Shown piece by piece: positions 37,433 to 45,200 of a stretch of 46,360 nucleotides of DNA; positions within the stretch are counted from its first letter, which is position 1; each line of letters opens with the position of its first letter. A program made the position numbers and the translations under genes. Below the pieces are notes generated by a model. The model was not told the origin of the DNA, did not search any database, and worked only from the letters and a program-made list of their open reading frames with translations. Origin of the DNA: Anaerolineae bacterium (GTDB taxonomy: Bacteria > Chloroflexota > Anaerolineae > Aggregatilineales > Phototrophicaceae); assembly GCA_034435595.1 (NCBI GenBank), contig DAOTXA010000300.1, positions 1-46,360 of the forward strand, read 5' to 3'.

Positions 37433-38428
37433 ATGCACGACAAGAATGACAAGATTCTCGTCACGGGCGGAACCGGATATACTGGCAGCCATCTGGTGAG
37501 ACGGCTGGTCAACGATGGCTACGATGTACGTACATTTGTGAGGAATCCTGATAAATTTCCGCTGCTCAAAGATATCAACGTTGAAATCGCTACTGGCGAT
37601 CTGCGGAATAAGGACGATGTCAACAAGGCAATGGATGGTGTAAATGTTGTATATCATATCGCCGCTTTGTTTCGTGCAGAGAATGTCTCACGTGAGGACA
37701 TGTTCGATATTAACGCGGGTGGTGCGGAAAATATGCTTCAAGCTGCTGAAAAGCAAGGGGTGAAGCGTTTTGTACATTGCAGTACGATCGGTGTACATGG
37801 CGATGTCAAGAATCCACCTGCAGATGAGGAATCCCCATACAATCCTGGTGATTATTATCAGGAATCGAAGCTTGAAGGTGAACTAATCGCCCAGCGTTTC
37901 ATGAAGGCAGGCAACATCCCAATTAGCATCTATCGTCCTGCTGGAATCTATGGGCCAGAAGAGAAGCGTTTTCTGAAGCTCATTAAATCGATCCGCAATC
38001 GTACATTTGTGATGATCGGTTCCGGCGAAATTCTATATCATATGGTCTACATTGACGATCTGGTAGATGGCATCATTCTATGCGGTACGCAGGATGAGGC
38101 AGTTGGTGAAATCTTTATCCTCGCAGGGGATGATAACTTGACGTTGAACGATCTCGTACACTTGATTGCCGACATTCAGAATGTGCCGGCACCGAAATTG
38201 AGGGTCCCGTTTGCGCCGGTCTATGCTGCCGGATATGCTGCAGAGGTTTTGTTCAAACCGTTTGGTGTCCAACCTCCGATTTATCGTCGGCGTGTCGATT
38301 TCTTCCGCAAAACGCGCAGCTTCGACATTAGCAAGGCAAAGGATGTGCTCGGCTACAAGCCAAAAGTCTCGTTACGCGAGGGGTTGCAGAATACGATTGC
38401 CTGGTATGAGACGGAAGGGCTTTTCTAA
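37433..38428 (+). CDS. NAD-dependent epimerase/dehydratase (extended SDR)
   Basis: ILVTGGTGYTGSHLV Rossmann motif and catalytic YxxxK in YYQESK. ATG 37433 follows AGGAG. The track ORF starts at a GTG (37421) that overlaps the upstream stop. Confidence 0.9.
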   Translation: MHDKNDKILVTGGTGYTGSHLVRRLVNDGYDVRTFVRNPDKFPLLKDINVEIATGDLRNKDDVNKAMDGVNVVYHIAALFRAENVSREDMFDINAGGAENMLQAAEKQGVKRFVHCSTIGVHGDVKNPPADEESPYNPGDYYQESKLEGELIAQRFMKAGNIPISIYRPAGIYGPEEKRFLKLIKSIRNRTFVMIGSGEILYHMVYIDDLVDGIILCGTQDEAVGEIFILAGDDNLTLNDLVHLIADIQNVPAPKLRVPFAPVYAAGYAAEVLFKPFGVQPPIYRRRVDFFRKTRSFDISKAKDVLGYKPKVSLREGLQNTIAWYETEGLF

Positions 38429-38457
38429 ACAAGAACAGACATCCTAATTAGTAACAA

Positions 38458-38485
38458 CGGGGACAATTGATATTGTCCTCGTTTT
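38458..38485 (+). terminator. Intrinsic terminator closing the glycoconjugate operon
   Basis: Stem CGGGGACAAT / ATTGTCCTCG (7 Watson-Crick pairs, then a G-U and two more pairs), loop TGAT, followed by TTTT. Confidence 0.7.
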
Positions 38486-38583
38486 GATTCTATGCTTGTC
38501 TGTTTGCACGTAGAACAGCGCCGAAGCTTGACCACATTGAAAAGCCGCGTTACAAGTGTGGGCAATTGTATGCTTAAAACCAA

Positions 38584-40281
38584 GTGTTTTCAATGAAATC
38601 TAGACTACAGCGGCTTCTGCCGGATTCATCGCATAACTCGCAAATGCAAAGGGCTTTGATCAAGTTTCCAGAAATCAGCATCATGTGGCCAGATGGTCGT
38701 CCTGAAGCAAAGCAGATCGTTCGCAAGGAAACTGGCTGGGATATTGATTTGCGGCTTGACGATTTGGTGCAATCCATGACACTCGACCGGCGATATAGTG
38801 CATATATTCATCAAATCTTGCTATCGTTGACGACAGATACCGGGGTTATTGAATGGCGACAGGCAATTCTGGAAGACTTTCTCTCCAATCCTACATTGAC
38901 CGATATGTTTTCCGAGTTGTTGCCGCGAATGCAGGGCCTGGGACAGCGGTCTACTGCCTTACTCGGGCGACGTGAGCGGGGTCTTTTGCTTGAGGCTTCA
39001 GATCGGTTGGCAGAGCTTGATCTTTATACGGAAACAGTTGTTTCTATGCTTTCTGCACTTAAGCAGGCACATCTGAGTTCTCCTGGTTTGATCCAATTGT
39101 TGCGTGAACTGGAAATGCTGCAAAATAGCGAGAGTTTTCGAAATCTGCAAGATCAGTTACCTGAGATGCGTGCACCGTTCAGCAAGATTGCTAGCTTAAC
39201 AGTTGGCATCAATCTTGATGCGCAGTTGCGACCGCGGTCTGCAGTATTGATGGCAGTGAATGATGTCGAAATTGGTGAACCTGCCTCATTCTTGGAAAGA
39301 CTGGTTGGGATACGTGATTCTGAGGTCGATGAATCTGGTATTGCGCCGATGCATCATGTTCCGGGTGAGAAAAATCAGCGAATTTTGTCGCCTTTGTTTC
39401 AAGACCTCAATCGACTGATGAATCAGATTGCGCAACCTGTTACGCGTGAGTTGCAGCGCTACACGTGGCTGTCTAGCGAGCCACTTATTGAATTAGAATT
39501 TGAGTTGGCTTTTTTTGTCGGGGCAGCGCGAATGGTTGAGCGTCTGCGAGATAGAGGGGTTTCGTTTTGTCGTCCTGAAATTCGTCCGTCTGCCGCTCGT
39601 GAGATGGTGATAGAGGACCTGACAAACATTGCGCTCGCGTTGTCAGAAGAAAAGCATTTGCCGGTTACAAGTGATGTGAGGTTTGATGAGTCTGGTCGCA
39701 TAGGCATTTTGACTGGGCCAAATAGTGGTGGTAAGACGACATACTTGCAGGCTGTTGGCCTTACTCAAGCGATGTTTCAAGCCGGGCTAAATGTACCTGC
39801 AAAGTTGGCTCTGATGAGTCCAGTACGCACTATCTTAACTCATTTTCCGGCGCTGGAAACAAGAAGAGACGGGCGCTTGGCTGAAGAGGCGAGTCGGCTA
39901 CGTCGTGTATTTACCTTTGCGGATGCACATTCACTCATCTTGTTAAACGAGACGTTTTCCAGTACCTCAGCAAGTGAGGCGATCTATCTGGCGCGTGATA
40001 TTTTGTCGGCGATGCGCATAATTGGTTTGCGTGCACTTTATGCTACTCATTTTAGCGAACTTGTCGAGCACATTGATCAGATTGAGGAGAATGTTTCTGG
40101 TAGCAGCCGCATCTTTAGCCTTGTTGCCGGAATTGATACTGATGAAAAAGGAGAATCCGTTGCTACTTATAGGGTAGTTCGGGGAATGCCGCTGGGGCGA
40201 AGCTATGCTCGTCAGATTGCACTGCGCTACGGAATTAGTCTGGATCAGATTATGTCGAATCAAGTATATAATAATTCGTAG
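38584..40281 (+). CDS. MutS-related ABC-type ATPase (domain V only; no mismatch-binding or Smr domain recognisable)
   Basis: Walker A is ILTGPNSGGKTTYLQAVGL and Walker B region is SLILLNETFSSTS. The N-terminus resembles short MutS paralogs (SIMWPD....DIDLRLDDLVQ..). The start is uncertain among GTG 38584, ATG 38593 and ATG 38644. Confidence 0.7.
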   Translation: MFSMKSRLQRLLPDSSHNSQMQRALIKFPEISIMWPDGRPEAKQIVRKETGWDIDLRLDDLVQSMTLDRRYSAYIHQILLSLTTDTGVIEWRQAILEDFLSNPTLTDMFSELLPRMQGLGQRSTALLGRRERGLLLEASDRLAELDLYTETVVSMLSALKQAHLSSPGLIQLLRELEMLQNSESFRNLQDQLPEMRAPFSKIASLTVGINLDAQLRPRSAVLMAVNDVEIGEPASFLERLVGIRDSEVDESGIAPMHHVPGEKNQRILSPLFQDLNRLMNQIAQPVTRELQRYTWLSSEPLIELEFELAFFVGAARMVERLRDRGVSFCRPEIRPSAAREMVIEDLTNIALALSEEKHLPVTSDVRFDESGRIGILTGPNSGGKTTYLQAVGLTQAMFQAGLNVPAKLALMSPVRTILTHFPALETRRDGRLAEEASRLRRVFTFADAHSLILLNETFSSTSASEAIYLARDILSAMRIIGLRALYATHFSELVEHIDQIEENVSGSSRIFSLVAGIDTDEKGESVATYRVVRGMPLGRSYARQIALRYGISLDQIMSNQVYNNS

Positions 40282-40292
40282 TGTAATGCAAA

Positions 40293-40314
40293 ATGTGTAA
40301 GTTACACATATTTT
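40293..40314 (+). terminator. Weak AT-rich hairpin plus T-tract after the MutS-like gene
   Basis: ATGTGTA-agt-TACACAT followed by ATTTT. The stem is only 7 bp and AT-rich. Confidence 0.35.
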
Positions 40315-40469
40315 ATGGGCGATAGCACAATCAGGCATATGTTTGTGATATGTGTCACAAGGTGTTCTGCCAATCAAAGTGAAATCAGTTACGTTTGTAA
40401 CTCCGCTGTGCTCAAGAAATCCATTACTATACCACTGACGCACTCAGAAATCTTATAAGGGGGGATATT

Positions 40470-42113
40470 GTGGCTGGCCTTGACGTTGAAACCCGCGACA
40501 TGATTCTAGATACATTGAGCAGCTATGCGGAAGATCGGCTCACAGTAGACTATCTTCTAGAACTTGATCATAAGGATGAGTTCCCGACGGATGTTCTTCG
40601 TGAACTCTATGATCCTGAAACGTTTGGTCTGCACCTGTTGTTTATTCCCGAAGATTATGGCGGGTTAGATGGCGGCGCGTATGATATTTATCGTGTTTCC
40701 GAGATTATGGCGGGTATCGATCTCGGTATCGGCACTGGTGTTTTGGCTACTTTCCTTGGGCTTGACCCCATTACCGTCGGCGCGACAGATGAACAGAAAG
40801 AATATTGGATGTCTCGCGTGGCTGAAGAGGGTATGTTAATTGCCTATGGTGCCACCGAACCGCAGGCGGGTAGTGATCTTGCATCGTTGTCTACAAAAGC
40901 GGTACCTGTCGAAGAAGACGGTAAGATCGTCGGCTATAAGATTACAGGTCGTAAGCAATGGATCAGTAACGGTGGGGTTGCCGACTTATACACAATTCTT
41001 GCGAATGCTCCCGGCGGTCCATCATGGTTTATCGTGGAACGGGAAAAAGTTGATGGATTTACAACTGGTAAACCGGAAGATAAACATGGTATTCGTGCAA
41101 GCAATACCTCTGCACTTTTTCTTGAAGATGTTTACGTTCCTGTAGATCAACTTGTTGGCTTGAAAGAAGGAAACGGGCTAGCAGAAGCCCAGGCTGTTTT
41201 CGGGTATACCCGCTTGATGGTTGGTACATTCGGATTGGGGGCTGGATGGGAGGCGTTGCGCCGCGCTATTCGCTATTCGCAGGAGCGCATTCAAGCAGGT
41301 GCGCCACTTAGCGAAAAACAGGGCTATACTCACAAGTTGATTGTACCTAATGCTGTTCGGCTTGAGGCCTGTCGCTCGTATATCGAATGGGTCGCTGAAC
41401 GTCTTGATTTTGGTGAGGATAACCTTGCAACAGAGGGTGCGGTTGCTAAATATATGGCGACCGAAGGCGGTAACAAAGCGGCTGAAGACGCGATACAGGC
41501 GTTGGGAGGCTATGGTTATACGAAAGAGTATATGGTCGAGAAGATTAAACGTGATGTTCGCATTACAACCATTTATGAAGGTACATCAGAAATCATGGAA
41601 TGGACGATTGCGCGTGATCGTTGGCAAAGTCATTTAAAGTCGCGTGGTGCTTTTTATCGCGATTGGGCATCTCGACTTGATGCAATTCACTCAAAGCAAC
41701 CTGCTAATGGCGCAGATATTGCCGCTTTGGGATTGCGTGCCCTCGCAGTCGTACTTGACCGTTGCCGCGAGGATCGTCTCACGCGACAGCAGCACATTCT
41801 ATTCCGCATAGGTGAGTTAGTTGCTTTTGCAGAATTAGCGGCGACTTATGCCGAACGTGTGGTTGACAAAGCGACGCAGGCGTCACCGTTCAGTTTGGAA
41901 ACGCAGCAGGCGATGTGCCGCGTATTTGCCCGCGAAGCTGCGCTGAAGGTTGCAGTTGATGGCTTAAGCTGGACCAATGGGGCCGGACAAACAGATCCCA
42001 ATCTGGCGGACTCTTTGAATCTACCAGCGATCTACGCAGCTCAAAAGGGTGGCATTGAGGACATGGACACGGTCGCGGTAGCATTGGTATCTGCATATCC
42101 GGCTGCGCAATAG
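40470..42113 (+). CDS. Acyl-CoA dehydrogenase, long form with a roughly 155 aa C-terminal extension
   Basis: GTG start after AAGGGGGG. The ACAD core shows [28 protein letters not shown] and catalytic-Glu region [11 protein letters not shown]. Additional helical sequence follows the core. Confidence 0.9.
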   Translation: MAGLDVETRDMILDTLSSYAEDRLTVDYLLELDHKDEFPTDVLRELYDPETFGLHLLFIPEDYGGLDGGAYDIYRVSEIMAGIDLGIGTGVLATFLGLDPITVGATDEQKEYWMSRVAEEGMLIAYGATEPQAGSDLASLSTKAVPVEEDGKIVGYKITGRKQWISNGGVADLYTILANAPGGPSWFIVEREKVDGFTTGKPEDKHGIRASNTSALFLEDVYVPVDQLVGLKEGNGLAEAQAVFGYTRLMVGTFGLGAGWEALRRAIRYSQERIQAGAPLSEKQGYTHKLIVPNAVRLEACRSYIEWVAERLDFGEDNLATEGAVAKYMATEGGNKAAEDAIQALGGYGYTKEYMVEKIKRDVRITTIYEGTSEIMEWTIARDRWQSHLKSRGAFYRDWASRLDAIHSKQPANGADIAALGLRALAVVLDRCREDRLTRQQHILFRIGELVAFAELAATYAERVVDKATQASPFSLETQQAMCRVFAREAALKVAVDGLSWTNGAGQTDPNLADSLNLPAIYAAQKGGIEDMDTVAVALVSAYPAAQ

Positions 42114-42128
42114 CGACTGAATCTATTT

Positions 42129-42170
42129 GCAAACTGCAATGAGCAGCTAATTTATCTCATTGCGGTTTGC
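42129..42170 (+). other. 15 bp stem hairpin between the ACAD and megasynthase genes
   Basis: GCAAACTGCAATGAG-12 nt loop-CTCATTGCGGTTTGC has one G-U pair and no T-tract. It lies 67 nt upstream of the megasynthase ATG. Confidence 0.5.
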
Positions 42171-42236
42171 ATTACTCACGTAATTCTACTATTCTCTCAT
42201 GTGTATTTAATTTAGGGGAACTGGAGAGGCGAGCAA

Positions 42237-45200
42237 ATGGATTCTTCGGCAGATCGTGCGATCGCCATTGTAGGCGTTGGTGCCATTCTCCCTGATGCTC
42301 TGACTGCGCCGGATTTCTGGCAGAATATTATCAATAAGCGATATAGCATTTCTGATGTCCCTGACGGTCGATGGAATGTCTCTGACTACTTTAATCCTGA
42401 TATGACCGTTTCCGACAAGACGTATAGCAAGATTGGCGGTTGGGTAAAAGGCTTCGAATTTGACTGGCGGCGGTTTCGCATTCCACCCAAGGTTGCTGCC
42501 GCGATGGACCAGGGGCAACAATGGGCGCTTACAATTGCTGCTGAGGCCTTAGACGATTATGGCTACCCTGCACGTGCGCTTAATACTGAACGCACTGCTG
42601 TGATTCTAGGTACGGCAATGGGTGGCGAACTGCACTATGAAACGGCTCTTCGTGTCTCATTCCCGGAATTTGCTCGTTTGCTCAAGGAAACACCAGAATT
42701 TGCTGCGCTTTCTGTTGAAGCACGTGCTGCGCTGATTGATCATTGGCACGCAGAGGTCACGCGAGCCTTTCCACCTGTCACCGAAGACTCGATGCCGGGT
42801 GAACTGCCGAATGTGATGTCAGGCCGTGTGGCGAATGTGCTAAATCTTCGCGGCCCGAATTTTATCACTGATGCGGCGTGTGCATCAAGTTTTGCAGCGC
42901 TGAATTCTGCGGTGGAGATGCTCACCGAACATCACGTAGACGCTGTCTTGACGGGTGGTGTTGATCGAAATATGGGTGTCACTACCTTCGTGAAGTTCTG
43001 CAAGATTGGTGCGTTAAGCGCCACAGGTAGCCGTCCGTTTGGCGAAGGTGCCGATGGCTTTGTGATGGGAGAAGGATCGGGTGCGTTTTTGCTCAAACGC
43101 TTGTCCGATGCAGAGCGTGCTGGAGATAAGATTTATGCTGTTATTCGAGGTGTAGGTGGCTCAAGTGATGGTAAAGGCAAAGGTATTACTGCCCCCAATC
43201 CAGTAGGGCAGCAATTATCGATTCGTCGCGCCTGGGAAAACGCGATGTTGGAACCAGCGACAGCAACATTGATCGAAGCTCATGGTACCAGTACGCGTGT
43301 TGGCGATGTCGTAGAAGTTGAAAGCCTATCCACTGTGTTCGGTAACGCACAGCGCAATAGTATTGCGCTTGGGTCTGCGAAGAGCAATATTGGACATTTG
43401 AAAGCGGGGGCAGGCGCAGCCGGTTTGATGAAGGCAACTATGGCATTACATCACAAGACGCTACCTCCTACCCTCAATGCTGAACGTCCGAATCCCAATA
43501 TTGATTTCGAACAATCGCCATTTTACCTGAATACAGAGCCTCGCGAATGGGTGAGATCAAATGGAACGCCCCGAAGGGCCGGCGTCAGTGCCTACGGTTT
43601 CGGTGGGACCAACTTTCACATCGTTTTGGAAGAATATGTTCCTGGTTCATTGACCAGCAAAGTCAGGTCTTTTCCAACGGCAGTAGCTAACCGTGAGGCG
43701 GAGTCTGGTCCATCTGTTACTCGCTCCATCATGCCAGTTCGTGGTTTGCTGGCGATCGGCGCAAATACGCCGCAGGCGCTGAAGAATAAGTTGGACGACG
43801 TAAATGCTCGTGTTGAAGCTGGCTGGACCCCGCCTGCTGCCTTACCAGGTGAAGCTGACATCAAGGCGCGAGAGCGTATCGTTATCGATTTTGGAGATCA
43901 CGCCGAGCTTGTTGATCGTGTCCATAAAGCACAAAAAGCAATGGGTTTCGACACGCTTCAGGCCTGGCGTGCCCTAGAGGCACAGGGTATCTTCCGTGGG
44001 AGTGGTACCCGCTCCGGCAAGACCGCCTTTTTGTTCCCAGGGCAGGGTAGTCAATATCTGGGCATGGGTCGGCAGCTTGCAGCGGTTTCTCCGATTGTGC
44101 AGCAAGTATTTGATGATGCTGATGCCGTGATGGAGCCGATTCTTGGTAGACCGCTAACCGATTATATCTTCGTTGACGATCCAGATGATCCCGTCGCACA
44201 AATGACGCTGATGCAGACTGAAATTACTCAGCCAGCGATGTTGACACTGGATATTGCCATCTATCGACTTCTCCAATCTTACGGCTTTAGACCAGATTTA
44301 GTGATGGGCCACTCTCTGGGCGAGTACGCGGCATTGATTGTTTCTGGCATTATGTCGTTCAAAGATGCTCTAGAAGCAGCGGCAGCACGTGGTAACGAGA
44401 TGGCCCGTGTTAGTGTCGAAGACAATGGCTGGATGGCGGCAGTACTTGCACCATTAGATGCCGTGCAAGAGACACTAAAAGAAGTTGACGGTTATGTGGT
44501 TCCAGCTAATATCAATAGCCGCAGTCAGTGTGTAATTGGCGGAGCCAGCAAAGCCGTGGAGCAGGCGATTGCCCTTTTTGAAGAAAAAGACTATCGTGCG
44601 ATCCAATTGCCGGTCAGTCATGCATTCCACACGGAAATCGTCGCTCCCGCCAGTGCGCCGTTGCGCAATGTTTTAGATCGCCTAGATATTCGCCCGCCGA
44701 CCATTCCTTTGGTTGCCAATGTAACCGGTGATTTATATCCCACAGACGTTACAGCAATTAAAGATTTGCTACAAAAACAAATTGCTTCGCCAGTGCAATG
44801 GGTGAAAGGATTGGAAACACTCTTCCACGAAGGAGTGCGTATGTTCGTGGAGGTCGGTCCAAAACGAGCACTGCGTGGATTTGTCGCTGATGTGTTCAAG
44901 GGTAACGATGAAGTGTTAGCCCTTATGACCAATCATCCTAAAACTGGAGAATTGTCGGCATTTAATCACGCAATTGCGGGTTTATATGCCCATGGATACT
45001 ATGCCGCAGTCGAGAAAAAACCGAGTGTAACCGCATCAATTGAGCTTCCGCAACCGAAGTTAAATCCAGAAAATGAGGCCACAATGACGGCTCCAGCCGA
45101 ACCTCCCACCAATGCTTCGCTCGAAGCGCTGACGCAGATGTTGACGCAGGCTCTTGGCCGTACTGTAGTACAGCAAGGGGCCGCGACTAATGTCTATGAT

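Noticed and set aside
39967-40443. A 158 aa minus-strand ORF covering the MutS-like 3' end and the intergenic region before the ACAD.
   Set aside because: Two-thirds of it overlaps the MutS ATPase C-terminus. It has no motifs or RBS and is Cys/His/Ile-rich.
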